Made by a program: the position numbers and the translations under genes
Notes under the pieces: model-generated
The model's input: only the letters and a program-made list of their open reading frames with translations
Told to the model about the DNA's origin: nothing
Database searches by the model: none
Assembly (NCBI GenBank): GCA_951813565.1
Contig: OX638351.1
Span: forward strand, 3,712,001 to 3,776,000
Origin: an uncultured Poribacteria bacterium
Lineage (GTDB): Bacteria > Poribacteria > WGA-4E > WGA-3G
DNA length: 64,000 nucleotides
Direction: 5' to 3'
Shown: positions 18,778-30,635 of the stretch, in pieces
How positions within the stretch are numbered: the stretch's first letter is position 1
Layout of the letters: the number at the start of each line of letters is the position of its first letter

Positions 18778-21648
18778 CTACGCAAGATGTTCCTTCAAAA
18801 ATCTTCCAGTGAAAGACTTACGCACCTTCGCAATTTCCTCTGGCGTGCCTTGCGCTAAAACCTGTCCACCCTTATGTCCGCCTTCCGGACCAAGGTCAAT
18901 CACATAATCAGCAGTCTTAATCACGTCCAAATGATGTTCAATCACAATCACCGTATGACCAGAATCTACCAGTCGTCCGATACTATCCAAAAGTTTTTGA
19001 ATATCGGCAAGATGCAGCCCAGTCGTCGGTTCATCAAGGATATAAAGATTATGTTTCCCGCGCTTGATTTTGCTCAGTTCGTTAGCGAGTTTAATCCGTT
19101 GCGCTTCACCACCTGAAAGGATAGGCGCAGGATGCCCAATTTTGAGATAGCCGAGACCGAGTTCATTCATAACACCTAATTTATGGCAAATCAGACGTTG
19201 GTCAACAAAGAATTCAACCCCATCCTCAATTGACATCTCAAGGATTTCGGAGATATTCTTGTCGTTATAGGTAACTTCAAGCGTATCTTCATTGTAGCGT
19301 GCACCCTTACACGTTGGGCAAATCACTTCAACATCCGGCATAAAGTGTAGTTGCGTAGTGATTGTGCCTTCACCGTGGCATTCTTCGCATCGTCCACCTT
19401 TGACATTAAAGCTGAATCGTGAGGCTGTATAGCCACGTAATTCTGCTGCTGGTGTGCTTGCAAAAAGCTTGCGGATATTGTCGTAGAAACCGATGTAGGT
19501 CGCAGGGTTAGAACGTGGCGAACGTCCAATCGGGGATTGGTCAATGTTAATTACATCGCTGATGTTTTCGTGCCCTTCAAGTTCATCGTGCTCGCCATAG
19601 AGTGTGCGACTATCGTGGTAAATAGAATAGAGCCTTTTGTAGATAATCTCGTTGAGAAGCGTGCTTTTACCCGATCCAGATGCACCGGTAATACAGATAA
19701 ACGCACCTAACGGAATATTAACACTGATATTTTGCAGATTATTTTCTCTGGCGCCAGTAACGCTGAGAAATTTGCCGTTTAAGGCGCGGCGTTCAACAGG
19801 CATCGGAATCTCGCGCTTCCCGCTCATATACAGCCCCGTCAAGGAATCATCGCTTTTAATAATCTTTTCAAATGGACCTTGGATGACAACATGCCCACCA
19901 TGGACACCTGGACCAGGCCCCATCTCAATGATATGGTCTGCAGCGCGAATCGTGCCTTCATCGTGTTCAACGACAATTACTGTGTTGCCAATATCGCGCA
20001 GTTTACGTAGAGTCTCAATCATCTTCACATTGTCTTTCGGATGTAAGCCGATACTCGGTTCATCAAGCACATACAGCATGCCCATTAACCCCGATCCGAT
20101 TTGTGTTGAGAGACGGATACGTTGCGATTCACCGCCAGAAAGCGTCGCGGAACGCCGATTGAGATTTAGATAGTCAAGACCGATACCAAGTAGTAATTCA
20201 ATGCGGTTGACCAATTCTCTAATAACCCGTTCTCCCGCTTCGCGCTGTTTTTCAGGTAAGTCCGTAATTTCAGATAAGAAATCACGTAACTGTTCAAAAT
20301 GTAATTCGCCAACATCATGGATAGTCTTGTCATCAATAGTAACAAGGAGTCGTTGTCGCTTAAGTTTCATGCCGTGGCAATCGGGACAGGTGTGCTCAAC
20401 CATCACTTTTCGGAGGTAATCCTCCATACCTGAATGTGCCTCACCCTGCTTTCTATAACGCCTATAACGTCTGTCAATACGAGTGATAATTCCATCAAAT
20501 CGGACAGGCATACCGATGTGTCGTTCCTGCATCGGTTTTGCGTCTTCTGCCTGACAGAGCGGAAATTCCTCGCCGCGTGTGCCGTAAAACACAATATCTA
20601 CAATCTCGTCTGGAAGATCGGCAAAAGGCATATTCAGATCAATTTTATAGTGTTGTGCCAGACTATACATCATCCGACCATCCCATCTATCTGGTTCATA
20701 GTTGAAGGCTTGCTTTACAAACGCACCATCTGCAATGCTTCTTGTTTTGTCGGGGACGAGTAGATTGGGATGCACCTGTAGGTAAGTACCGAGACCGGAG
20801 CAAGTTACACAAGCACCAGTCGGTTCATTAAAGGTAAAATGATGTGGTCCCAATTGACACATCAATACGCCGTGTTCAGCACAGCCAAAATCTTTCAGCA
20901 GTTCATCAACGTTTGTATCTTCGCCATCAGGCAGTTGCACATGAAAACGCATAAAACCTTCACCGACCAACATAGCATGCTCAAGCGCAGCTAAAACCTG
21001 TTTATCAACGTCTTTTTTGATAAAAAATTTGTCAACGATAACCTGAATATCGTATACCTTATCTTGGTCTAATTCGATTTCTTCACTAATGTCGTGTTCA
21101 ACACCGTCAATACGAACATGTCGGCAACCTTTAGTCCTTATATCGTCAAAGAGGTATTCATAATCTTCGCCATAAATTTTGAAGACAGGCGCATGAATCT
21201 CTACTTCGGTGTCGTCTGGAAATGAAAGGAGTCGTTCCAAAATTTGATAGTGCGATCGGATCGGGATTTCTTTTTCACAATAAGGGCAATGTGATACACC
21301 GATAGTCGCGAAAAGCATTCGCAGGTAGTCTTGCAAATCGGTCATTGTTCCCACGGTAGAACGCGGGTTCGCTGTGATTGTTTTTTGCTCAATAGAAACA
21401 ACAGGCGACAACCCGTCAATAAAATCAACGTCCGGTTTTTTCAGCTGCGTGATAAACCGTTTGGCGTAAGTAGACATTGATTCAAGGAATCGGCGTTGCC
21501 CCTCAGCATACACAGTGTCAAATGCTAATGAGGATTTACCTGATCCGCTAATACCTGTAACAACAACGAGTTGATCGCGTGGGATCTCTAATTCTATATT
21601 TTGCAGGTTATTTTCTCGCGCGCCTTTAACTGAGACCGTTTGCCTCAT
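18778..21648 (-). CDS. uvrA: Excinuclease ABC subunit A
   Basis: [40 protein letters not shown], second Walker [10 protein letters not shown], Zn fingers. Confidence 0.95.
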   Translation of the reverse strand: MRQTVSVKGARENNLQNIELEIPRDQLVVVTGISGSGKSSLAFDTVYAEGQRRFLESMSTYAKRFITQLKKPDVDFIDGLSPVVSIEQKTITANPRSTVGTMTDLQDYLRMLFATIGVSHCPYCEKEIPIRSHYQILERLLSFPDDTEVEIHAPVFKIYGEDYEYLFDDIRTKGCRHVRIDGVEHDISEEIELDQDKVYDIQVIVDKFFIKKDVDKQVLAALEHAMLVGEGFMRFHVQLPDGEDTNVDELLKDFGCAEHGVLMCQLGPHHFTFNEPTGACVTCSGLGTYLQVHPNLLVPDKTRSIADGAFVKQAFNYEPDRWDGRMMYSLAQHYKIDLNMPFADLPDEIVDIVFYGTRGEEFPLCQAEDAKPMQERHIGMPVRFDGIITRIDRRYRRYRKQGEAHSGMEDYLRKVMVEHTCPDCHGMKLKRQRLLVTIDDKTIHDVGELHFEQLRDFLSEITDLPEKQREAGERVIRELVNRIELLLGIGLDYLNLNRRSATLSGGESQRIRLSTQIGSGLMGMLYVLDEPSIGLHPKDNVKMIETLRKLRDIGNTVIVVEHDEGTIRAADHIIEMGPGPGVHGGHVVIQGPFEKIIKSDDSLTGLYMSGKREIPMPVERRALNGKFLSVTGARENNLQNISVNIPLGAFICITGASGSGKSTLLNEIIYKRLYSIYHDSRTLYGEHDELEGHENISDVINIDQSPIGRSPRSNPATYIGFYDNIRKLFASTPAAELRGYTASRFSFNVKGGRCEECHGEGTITTQLHFMPDVEVICPTCKGARYNEDTLEVTYNDKNISEILEMSIEDGVEFFVDQRLICHKLGVMNELGLGYLKIGHPAPILSGGEAQRIKLANELSKIKRGKHNLYILDEPTTGLHLADIQKLLDSIGRLVDSGHTVIVIEHHLDVIKTADYVIDLGPEGGHKGGQVLAQGTPEEIAKVRKSFTGRFLKEHLA

Positions 21649-21911
21649 GTGTTTCCTCCTTGCTTACCAATAAATTCAAATAGATAAAAAATTAGTACGG
21701 GTGAATGGTCTTTTTATATGCAGTTATTGAAATGGGAATTATCTGATTTATTCCATGCAAAATTACGATAAAATAACTCGTATAGTTACGTGGGAGTTTG
21801 TAAAAAATCAATGCTAAATGTGCACTTAAAAGTAGTAGGCACGCTCCGCGTGCCGTAAACTAGTTCAACAATGCGTAATAAATTATGCTAATGCTCTCAA
21901 CCAACGATCTT

Positions 21912-22153
21912 TCATCTGCGACCTTCGTTTTTCCATTCCATTATCTCTTCAACCGTGCCAACAGGATGTTCGGCTATCAATTCAATTAATCTTGAGTATG
22001 CTTCCTCTGCATCTTTTTTCGCAATATCAGAGGGCGGCATCATGACCGCGACCACTTTCCCTTTATTCGTAATTGAAAAACTTTCACCATTTTCAACCCG
22101 CTTTAGAAGACTTAATAAATGGGTCATTGCTTCATTAACGCCTATTCAGTCAT
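21912..22153 (-). pseudogene. Phd/YefM-family antitoxin, frameshifted near the start, orphan
   Basis: EAMTHLLSLLKRVENGESFSITNKGKVVA is Phd-like; RBS-led start reads ATG ACT GAA TAG (one base short of MTEIGVNEA); no toxin follows. Confidence 0.7.
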
Positions 22154-22184
22154 TTTATACTCCTTATTTTAACAGATATGGAAA

Positions 22185-24470
22185 TTATTCAACATCCAAC
22201 TCTCGTATTATAGATGTTAGATCCCATAAAAGCATTGTATCATCAAAGCCAAAACTGGCAAGTGTTTTCCCATCATCACTAAAAGATAAACCTGTAATTT
22301 TTCTTGAATGTCCAGGAAGTGTTTTTATACTTTCTCCAGTACGTAAATCCCATAGGTTTATAATGTCACTATCGGATCTCGAATTCATCCTGGCGACTTC
22401 AGTTGCCAATGGTAAACCGTTAGGGTAAAACATAACATACCAGAAAATATGTTCATCGCCAGAAATTGATTGTATTTGTTGTCCGTTATCTATATTCCAT
22501 AAACGGACAGTTCCGTCTTTTCCCGTACTTGCTATTGAACGTCCATCAGGACTAAAGTTTATACTGGTAATAGCATCTGCATGACCATCTAATGTCAGTA
22601 CCTTTTTCCATGTAGAAACATCCCATAGATGGATAATTCCCTTCTTATCACCGGTGGCAAGTCTACTACTATCTGAATTAAACATTAAGACCATTATCGA
22701 ATCAGAATGTGTTTCGCGCTGGGATTCTACCCCCTGATCCGTGAGAGTCTTCTTAAGTTTTCCTGTACTTATATCCCATATTAAGATCGTTCCGTCTTGC
22801 CCTCCACTGATAAGTGTCTCTCCATCAGGACTAAATGCCACACTTTCTATTAGATTATTATGACCTGTTAGCGTCTGTGTGTGTCTACCGGTAGCAACAT
22901 TCCACAGACAAATTCCCTTATCTTCGCGTGAAAAACTCCAACTTGCGAGTAGACTACCATCCATACTAAACACAACTCGGTTAATCCGTCCTTTATAGCC
23001 TTTTATTGTTCGCTTGTGTTCACCTGTAATGGCATTCCAAAACCGAATTAACCCATCCTTACTTGCATTCCAACTCGCTATTGTTTCTCCATCTGGACTA
23101 AGCAGAACATCATTTGGCCATGTGCCATTAGAGCTATTCGTCTTCCCCATAAGTGTATGCAACCGTTTCGTAGCGGTATCCAACAGAGATATAGCTCCGT
23201 CAGCTTCTGAAATGATTGCTTTCTCTCCATTAGGAGTGAAAGCAATATAATAGGTATCATACTGTATATGATGAGAATTATCTCTTGGATTAAAATTTGA
23301 AATAGTTCTCTTAAGTTTCCCTGTCGCAATATCCCATATACGAATTTCCCCTGGATAATCTACAGTTGCCAGAGTCTTTCCATCAGGACTATAAGATGCA
23401 TTCGTAAGGTAACCGGTATATCCCGTGAAACGTCTACGTTTACCTGTTGCTATATCCCACATTCGAATTTCGTAACCGTTAACCAAACTAAGAATCGATT
23501 TTCCATCTGGACTAAACAGAATATTTTCTACTCCTCTTACATAACCTGTCTCCTTGCTGTCTTCATTTTTTTCGGAAAAAGTCTGTTTAAGTTTACCAGT
23601 CGTTGTGTCCCACAAGTGTATCGTTCTGGATTCACCAGTAGTAACGAGTATACTTTTATCAGGACTGAAAAACGTCCTTTTTATCTTTTCATTTTGAAAA
23701 TTCTTATCGGAAATAACACCTTGAATTGCAAATGGTAGTTTTAGTTCCCTTGAGACAATATCCCAAAAATTAATCGTCATATCACTGCTTCCGCTAATTA
23801 GTGTGCTTCCATCCGGACTGAATGATAAGAAAGTAATATTATCCTGGTGACCTGTTAGCGTTCGTATGTGCTTCCCTGTTTTAACATCCCACAAACGGAC
23901 TGTCTGATCCTTACTCCCACTTGCAATGATCTTGCTATCTGGACTATAAGACAAACAGCCAATATAGTCTTCATGTCCTTTGAGTATGTGTTTGGAAGTG
24001 TTTGTCTTAGAATCCCGTATATGAATTTCCTTGAAACTTATAGTTGCAAAAGTGTTTCCGTCTGAACTGGATGGCCCATAGCGTGGAAAATCATGCTTCT
24101 TTTTTGACGATTTTTCTATTTCCGGTAAAGTAACATCCCAACGCGTGATTTTATGGCTGAACCTTTCCATACCTATAAGAACTGTCCCATCACCATTAAA
24201 ATACACTTTCTCCATTTCCTGATGACTTCGAGTAAACAGTTTCCGTTCCTGATATGTTTCAGTATCATATAACCAAATACCAATAGTAGTAGCAACTGCC
24301 AGTATTGTTCCATCAGGTGAATATTCCATATCATTGATCCGTCCCTTTCCAAGACGGGCGATTGCACCATCAGGTAACTCCCATTGTGTGTACCCTTGAG
24401 CATATATATTGAGTATGCCGATTTGAAGAAGGTGTAACAAGCTAATTATAGATAGTACTGTTTTTATCAT
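22185..24470 (-). CDS. Secreted WD40-repeat protein
   Basis: Signal peptide, QWELPDGAIARLGKG N-motif, many GH...FSPDG...LWD repeats. Confidence 0.92.
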   Translation of the reverse strand: MIKTVLSIISLLHLLQIGILNIYAQGYTQWELPDGAIARLGKGRINDMEYSPDGTILAVATTIGIWLYDTETYQERKLFTRSHQEMEKVYFNGDGTVLIGMERFSHKITRWDVTLPEIEKSSKKKHDFPRYGPSSSDGNTFATISFKEIHIRDSKTNTSKHILKGHEDYIGCLSYSPDSKIIASGSKDQTVRLWDVKTGKHIRTLTGHQDNITFLSFSPDGSTLISGSSDMTINFWDIVSRELKLPFAIQGVISDKNFQNEKIKRTFFSPDKSILVTTGESRTIHLWDTTTGKLKQTFSEKNEDSKETGYVRGVENILFSPDGKSILSLVNGYEIRMWDIATGKRRRFTGYTGYLTNASYSPDGKTLATVDYPGEIRIWDIATGKLKRTISNFNPRDNSHHIQYDTYYIAFTPNGEKAIISEADGAISLLDTATKRLHTLMGKTNSSNGTWPNDVLLSPDGETIASWNASKDGLIRFWNAITGEHKRTIKGYKGRINRVVFSMDGSLLASWSFSREDKGICLWNVATGRHTQTLTGHNNLIESVAFSPDGETLISGGQDGTILIWDISTGKLKKTLTDQGVESQRETHSDSIMVLMFNSDSSRLATGDKKGIIHLWDVSTWKKVLTLDGHADAITSINFSPDGRSIASTGKDGTVRLWNIDNGQQIQSISGDEHIFWYVMFYPNGLPLATEVARMNSRSDSDIINLWDLRTGESIKTLPGHSRKITGLSFSDDGKTLASFGFDDTMLLWDLTSIIRELDVE

Positions 24471-24529
24471 TTGTAAAACCTCCCATTACATTCTCTTCAT
24501 AACGATATGTTCCGACTATGTTATTTTAG

Positions 24530-24650
24530 CAGGACTTACGCAAAAATGAAATAGACGGTAAAATTGCACACATACCGCCAAAGAACGCACAATGAATTGT
24601 GCTACTACAAACGCTGTAACGCTTGAAAACCTGTAAATGCGTAAGTCATG
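24530..24650. mobile_element. Small MITE between the WD40 genes
   Basis: TIR CAGGACTTACGCA / TGCGTAAGTCATG; TTTAG on both flanks. Confidence 0.6.
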
Positions 24651-24651
24651 T

Positions 24652-26793
24652 TTAGTTTCCCAACTCCGTGTTCTCGTCATTGTTCGTCTGAGATAACACT
24701 GTCAAATCCCATAAGAGTGTTGTGCCATCATTACCAGAACTCACAAGCGTTTGTCCATCTGAACTGAATTTTAGGTAAGTAACATGACCAACATGCCCCG
24801 TAAAAGTCTTAATTCGTTTCCCTGTAGTAACATCCCATACATTGATCACACCATCAACACGTCCGCCTACAAGGATAGTACCATCAGGACTAAACGACAA
24901 CTGAACGATCTGCCTTATGGCGTCTTTACTATGTCCACCGATTATATATTGATTGTTAAGGATACTTATTTCTTCTCCAGTATCAACATTCCACAAATAG
25001 ATACTTCCATCTATATCTGCCTTCACCAACATTTTATATTCTGAATTTAAAGCTAAAAAACTAAACATACTTGGTTTTTCAGGAATTATCTTTTTCTGTT
25101 TGCTTGTAGTAACATCCCACACAACAATTTCTGAATCAGTACAATATGCAAGTATACTCCCATCAGAACTGATTGGTAGATTAGCAGGAAAATGAATTGT
25201 GTATATAACCTGTTTGGATAATGTTATATGTGATCCTGTCTCTAAATCCCACAGATAAAGGGAGTATGGTTGATCTTTATTATTCTTTCTTGAAAGTGCG
25301 AAATTACCATCTGGACTGAACCCTATATCCTGACTATATACACCTACTCTAAAACTAAACTTCTGTCTACCCTTTATAACATCCCATAGACGAACCATCT
25401 TGTCATTCCCATAACTAATAAGTGTTTCATCATCTTTGAACATAACATGTGAAACTTGATCAGTATGTCCTCTTAACGTCTTTTTATGTTCCCCTGTGGT
25501 AACTGTCCATAGCCGAATAGTCTTATCCATACTCCCACTTGCCAGAGTCTTTCCATCTGAACTGAAGGATAGACTAATCACCCGCTTCTTATGACCGGTA
25601 AGTACAGTCTGTGCTTCTTGTGTGTTTACATCATAGATAATTATGTGATTGTTTCCATAAGTCGTTGCAGCTGTAATTTTATCTTTACTAAACACTATAT
25701 TCTTTGAAGCAAATCCACCACCATGTCCAACAATAGTCCTCTTATGTTTCCCTTTGTTTAGATTCCACTGATGGATAATTCCATACAAACTTGCGCTTGC
25801 TAAAGTTTCTCCGTTTGGACTGAAGGAGATTCTATGTAGATATTTAGAATTTGTCTTGAAAGTATGCTTCCGTCTTCCCGTGGCAACATGCCATACACGT
25901 ACTGTTTTGTCTTCACTTGTGCTTGCAATGCTACTCCCATCATGACTGAAAGTTAAACTCAAGATAGGTTTCCTGTGTCCTTTTAGGGTCTTATGTAATG
26001 TTTCTGTTTCAGCATTCCACAGACGCACCGTCTTATCCCTACTTCCAGAGGCAATCATTGTCCCATCAGGACTGAATGAGACACATGTGATACTCTCCTT
26101 ATGTGCATCATTTATTTTCTTTTGCGTTTTAGTTCCTAAATCCCTGAATTGGATTGTCTTGTAATTTCCATTAACCACCGATATCCGATCTGAGTGGAAT
26201 GTGATATCAGATAGGCTTTCTAAATGCGTATTCAATAAAGACACATTCAAATCCCTTATATACACACTTTTTTCTTTATCCCAAATATGCAAACCATGAT
26301 TACTCCAACAAGCTAATGTCGTACCATCAGGATTAAAATATAATCCGATAATATCATACCTATGTCCCATAAATGTATGCATGAGTTTACGGGTTTCAAC
26401 ATTCCATAGTCGAACCAATTTATTTCCACATGCAGCCGCAAGTGTTTTTCCGTCATGACTGAAGCTAACAGAATTCGTGCCTTCTCTGTTCTTTGTAAGG
26501 AGTGCGAGTTCATTACCACTATTCGAATCATAAAGCCAAGTTCCTGTTGAACTGGCAACAGCGAGTATAGTACTGTCTGGAGAATACGCCAAGTCTTTTA
26601 CAGTCCCCTTACCGATACGTGCTTTCACACCTTCCGGTAAATGCCATTGTGGAGTATTTAATTGTGCCGTATTCACATTAAGTAGATCCGGTGGTGAAGG
26701 ATAACGAAATAGCCAAATAGTTACAACTATGACGATAACCAAAAATATGATAACTAATGCATTTTTCATCTCATTACATCCTTTACAAACCAT
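24652..26793 (-). CDS. Membrane-anchored/secreted WD40-repeat protein
   Basis: N-terminal TM, QWHLPEGVKARIGKG, multiple WD40 repeats. Confidence 0.92.
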   Translation of the reverse strand: MVCKGCNEMKNALVIIFLVIVIVVTIWLFRYPSPPDLLNVNTAQLNTPQWHLPEGVKARIGKGTVKDLAYSPDSTILAVASSTGTWLYDSNSGNELALLTKNREGTNSVSFSHDGKTLAAACGNKLVRLWNVETRKLMHTFMGHRYDIIGLYFNPDGTTLACWSNHGLHIWDKEKSVYIRDLNVSLLNTHLESLSDITFHSDRISVVNGNYKTIQFRDLGTKTQKKINDAHKESITCVSFSPDGTMIASGSRDKTVRLWNAETETLHKTLKGHRKPILSLTFSHDGSSIASTSEDKTVRVWHVATGRRKHTFKTNSKYLHRISFSPNGETLASASLYGIIHQWNLNKGKHKRTIVGHGGGFASKNIVFSKDKITAATTYGNNHIIIYDVNTQEAQTVLTGHKKRVISLSFSSDGKTLASGSMDKTIRLWTVTTGEHKKTLRGHTDQVSHVMFKDDETLISYGNDKMVRLWDVIKGRQKFSFRVGVYSQDIGFSPDGNFALSRKNNKDQPYSLYLWDLETGSHITLSKQVIYTIHFPANLPISSDGSILAYCTDSEIVVWDVTTSKQKKIIPEKPSMFSFLALNSEYKMLVKADIDGSIYLWNVDTGEEISILNNQYIIGGHSKDAIRQIVQLSFSPDGTILVGGRVDGVINVWDVTTGKRIKTFTGHVGHVTYLKFSSDGQTLVSSGNDGTTLLWDLTVLSQTNNDENTELGN

Positions 26794-26816
26794 ACTTCTT
26801 AGTTCAATTATCTTGA

Positions 26817-27044
26817 TTATAGCAATATTTCTATCTTGTGTCTAACCCAATACTTAGTAACCGTTTTGTTGGCTGATTGTGGAATATCCCAAAGTAATAT
26901 TGTACCATCCCAACTTGCGCTTGCGATAGTTTGTCCATCTGGACTCAACAAGACATCGATCCCATAGATATATGTCCATTAAATATCTTCTTGAGTTTTC
27001 CAGAGTAAACATCCCATAATTGGACTGTGTCATCAGAACTCACA
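26817..27044 (-). pseudogene. 3' remnant of a third WD40 gene
   Basis: SSDDTVQLWDVYSGKLKKIFNGH then frameshifted SPDGQTIASASWDGTILLWD. Confidence 0.75.
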
Positions 27045-27270
27045 CTCCAAAGAAGTCTCACAATCGCTACTACGACTGCAAATGCGGTTTCAAATACCAT
27101 AGAGACGGTATTGGGCGATGAACATACGCAAAAAGTATCTGGGACATCTCGGTGTCCCCGTAGTGGCGGACATAACACCGCCCGTCGGATTTCGTTTAGA
27201 AACACGATGTGGCACTGCTTGAGCAGGGAATGATCCCACGAGGAACAAAAGAATCACTAGTGGAGTGTCT
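27045..27270 (+). pseudogene. 3' remnant of an IS200/IS605 TnpB gene and decayed right end
   Basis: Reads HNRYYDCKCGFKYHRDGIG / MNIRKKYLG (Zn ribbon plus RuvC-III) with a frameshift. Confidence 0.65.
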
Positions 27271-27425
27271 ACCGAAATTTTGCGGGTAAAGGTCGCGATT
27301 CGGAGATCGCTCCTACAGAACACCCCTCTTTGTAGGAGGGAACTCCGATTCCCGACTACTGACACGAATCGCAATTTTAGTGTAGACAGAACACTAGCGC
27401 TTTAGTACGGTGAGTATGTCAATAC

Positions 27426-29300
27426 TTACAAAAAAGGATTTTCAATATCGTAATAATATGCAGGCTCTTCCACCGAAACTTTACTGTCCTTAGTTAGTCG
27501 GATAGGGGAAGAAAATTGCTCCAGAATCTCCTTATGCACCAGCCATTCACACGCCATATTAATCCACAATCTACGACTACCGAAATGATCATGGATATCA
27601 GATAACGAACACTCACCTCCCGACTCCTCTAAAAAATCGAGTAACGGCTTAAAAAAAGTCTGCACATTATCTTCTAAGTATGTGTCAATCTCTTGTAACA
27701 CCTTGCCAAGGTTTTCCTCATTTTTCTGTATATTGATAATATCGGTGAAAATCGCATTAAAAAACTTCGGATTGTGCTTGATCGCTTGATAGATGACCTT
27801 CCGTTTTGGGGTTTCATCATGCATGATGGTTTCAATACCAGCTAATTGCTTGACTGCAAACATTAAATAGTAAAATGTATAATCGTAATCCTTTTTGACA
27901 TAGTACCACTTTTCTGTTTTGGCAAGTATCGTAGTTACAAAACTCGCTGTGTTAAATAACTGTGATTGTTTATCCCGTTCACCAATAATATCCAAGTCCT
28001 TATGCAAATCAGCAAGCGTTGGGTCTTTAGAATGGAGAATTTCACTTTGAGCAAGAATAGAATGGATATTACTACCCTGCAAGTTCCTTTCCAACATTTT
28101 TTTATAAGCATTTCGAGTATGAAGTCTAACCCGAATCGGCACCCCTTCCTCGATTAATTGACACTCTCTTTGATGAAACTTCGTCCCGTCTCTCATAATA
28201 AGCGTAATATGGACATTTGTCTTCTCCCACACGTTGTCTTCAGCCAAATTACTTGTGAGAATAGCAGCAACGATGTACCGATCCTCGGCAATAGTATCTG
28301 TAAACTTTTCTACTGCATTTTCAATATCGGGATGAATATCAGATTTGAGACGAGGTGGATGCAATTCTGGTTCGGTATCATCGCAGTAATAAGCGGGTTC
28401 TTCCAATGCTATTTGGCTTTTCGCGGTAAGTTTCATCGGGGCAGATACCTGCTTGATAATACCTTTCCATGTCAACCATTGGCATATCACATCAACAGAC
28501 GCATCGCGGAATTTAGAATGGAAATAGGCATTCATCTCTGAGTTTGTCCGAGGCCCTTTTTGTTCTGCGAAGTAATCAAGAATCGGTTGGAAAATAAACA
28601 GACGTTCGTCAATGTAGGCATTGATTGCATCAAGTGCCTCTTGAATAACTGCTTCGCTCTTTTCGCAATTTATCAGATCAGTATAAACATACTTGAAGAA
28701 ATCCGGATTGTAGTTGAGGGCTGGTTGGATGACTTCTCGCGCAGGAATCTCGTTGTTCAATAGTACCTCTATTCGTGCTAATCCTTCTACAACAGACAGA
28801 AGCGATAAGAAAGAGGTTATTATATCATTATTAACGTAAAACTGCTTTTCGGCATAGATAAGTGTTGGCAGGGTCTCGGCAATAACGTTCAACACTTGAA
28901 GCTGCTTATCACGTTCACCGATACTATCACGACTCGCGTTCTTATCATACCATTCCTTGATAGAATCATCTCGTGAAAAGAGAAGCGTGCTGTGAGAAAA
29001 ATAGGAATGCATGAACGAGCCCTGTTGAGCACTCTCTATATTTCGTTTAAAGGAGCTACGCGGTGACAAACCCGCATGTATGTTCACACCATTTTCAACA
29101 AGCGAGAAGAACGATTGTGTCGGACGAATGTCGTCTTTTCCTATGATTTCAACGTCCAAATCCGATTTCTCCCATACCTGTGCATAAGAAAAACTTCCGG
29201 CAACTATCGCTGCGAGGATGTACGGATCTTCCTGTACCTTTTCAACAAGTGAATCTACTGCTTCATAATACTGTTGTTCGACAGCATCTTGGGATTTCAT
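27426..29300 (-). CDS. Protein with two tandem Pol-beta-type nucleotidyltransferase-like modules
   Basis: Module 1 ILAAIVAGS...VWEKSDLD; module 2 IVAAILTSN...VWEKTNVH; both end in LT..S...EEPAYY. Confidence 0.7.
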   Translation of the reverse strand: MKSQDAVEQQYYEAVDSLVEKVQEDPYILAAIVAGSFSYAQVWEKSDLDVEIIGKDDIRPTQSFFSLVENGVNIHAGLSPRSSFKRNIESAQQGSFMHSYFSHSTLLFSRDDSIKEWYDKNASRDSIGERDKQLQVLNVIAETLPTLIYAEKQFYVNNDIITSFLSLLSVVEGLARIEVLLNNEIPAREVIQPALNYNPDFFKYVYTDLINCEKSEAVIQEALDAINAYIDERLFIFQPILDYFAEQKGPRTNSEMNAYFHSKFRDASVDVICQWLTWKGIIKQVSAPMKLTAKSQIALEEPAYYCDDTEPELHPPRLKSDIHPDIENAVEKFTDTIAEDRYIVAAILTSNLAEDNVWEKTNVHITLIMRDGTKFHQRECQLIEEGVPIRVRLHTRNAYKKMLERNLQGSNIHSILAQSEILHSKDPTLADLHKDLDIIGERDKQSQLFNTASFVTTILAKTEKWYYVKKDYDYTFYYLMFAVKQLAGIETIMHDETPKRKVIYQAIKHNPKFFNAIFTDIINIQKNEENLGKVLQEIDTYLEDNVQTFFKPLLDFLEESGGECSLSDIHDHFGSRRLWINMACEWLVHKEILEQFSSPIRLTKDSKVSVEEPAYYYDIENPFL

Positions 29301-29483
29301 GATTCGTTCTCCTATTCCTATTCAACATCTTATGTGTCAGCGAGTATAGAAATCAATAGACATTATTGTGAGTTAAGGCGTTTGTAGTAGCGCAATTCAT
29401 TGCGCCTCTTCAAACTCAACAACGGCACGCGGAGCTTGCCTACTACTTTTAAGGTATATTTGACATTGAATTATTTACACACC

Positions 29484-30635
29484 TCAGATAATTGTATGCT
29501 TCTGCCGATATACCTTACCTCCTTTAATAACAACGATAGGTTCAAGTTTTTGTCTACAGGTTTTAGCCTTACCACTTGCATCAACCAATTGGAATTCACC
29601 CTCGCGCATCTCAAATACAACGGCATCTCCCCAAGCACCTGCTGCTAACGTTCCAACCTGTCCCGGCATTAAAATAGTGTCTGCAGGTACACTGGTCACT
29701 TTCGCCAATGCATCGTCAAGCGACATGCCGAGGTAAAGGAATTTATTTACGACATTGACCAGATCGTATACCGGACCGTTGATATTATAAACATGCAAGT
29801 CTGATGAGATAGTTGTAGGTTCAACACCTTGTTCCATCGCTTTTTCAACTACATCCCAACTGAAAGAACCGGCACCGTGCCCAACGTCAAAGATAACACC
29901 GCGTTCAATCGCAGCGTGTACGGAATCTCGAATTTTACCATTTTCACCTAAAATACCGCATGCCATATCGTGGAAGCAGTGCGTAAGTATGTCCCGCTTA
30001 CCCATCACTGCCAGTATATCATCTATAGACTGACACCAAGCATCTTGTGGGTGAACCATCATCGGAAGTCCAGCAGCGTCTGCAGCCTCGCGCGCTTTGT
30101 GCAGCGGTTGCATGCCAGCGCGTTCTCCAACAATTGATTCGCGTGTCAATCGCACCTTAACTCCTAAGATTATATCACGGTGCTGTTCTATCATTCGGCA
30201 TGCTTTGTCAACATCCGCATAGTCTGGATTTTCTAATTCGCCAATTTCCCGTGTCAGCATACCTTGTGAAGAGATGTTCAATTGCGCCAAGATTCGAGTG
30301 TCGCTTACATCTATAACGTATTTACGAAAGCCAGGAAACGTGTCTGCCCCTGCCGACCCAGCATCAACAACCGTCGTCGCGCCCCGTGCTAAACAAGTGG
30401 GATCGGGTTCAATACCGAAATGGCTGACACCGTGAAAGACATGAACATGCAAATCAATTAAACCCGGCGTGACATAACACCCATCTGCGTTCACAACATC
30501 TCGTGCCTCCGATGAGGGGATGTCATCACTGACGGTTGAAACGCAACCATCTGTAAATGCTACATCTTTTGGAGCATGGATACCTTGTGTTGGATCAATT
30601 AAAGTTCCACTTTTGATAATCAGATCATAATTCAT
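29484..30635 (-). CDS. Amidohydrolase/deacetylase-family metallohydrolase (dihydroorotase-like)
   Basis: PGLIDLHVH, GATTVVDAGSAG, GVKVR, THCFH, FDVGHGAGSF, TISSDLH. Confidence 0.9.
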   Translation of the reverse strand: MNYDLIIKSGTLIDPTQGIHAPKDVAFTDGCVSTVSDDIPSSEARDVVNADGCYVTPGLIDLHVHVFHGVSHFGIEPDPTCLARGATTVVDAGSAGADTFPGFRKYVIDVSDTRILAQLNISSQGMLTREIGELENPDYADVDKACRMIEQHRDIILGVKVRLTRESIVGERAGMQPLHKAREAADAAGLPMMVHPQDAWCQSIDDILAVMGKRDILTHCFHDMACGILGENGKIRDSVHAAIERGVIFDVGHGAGSFSWDVVEKAMEQGVEPTTISSDLHVYNINGPVYDLVNVVNKFLYLGMSLDDALAKVTSVPADTILMPGQVGTLAAGAWGDAVVFEMREGEFQLVDASGKAKTCRQKLEPIVVIKGGKVYRQKHTII

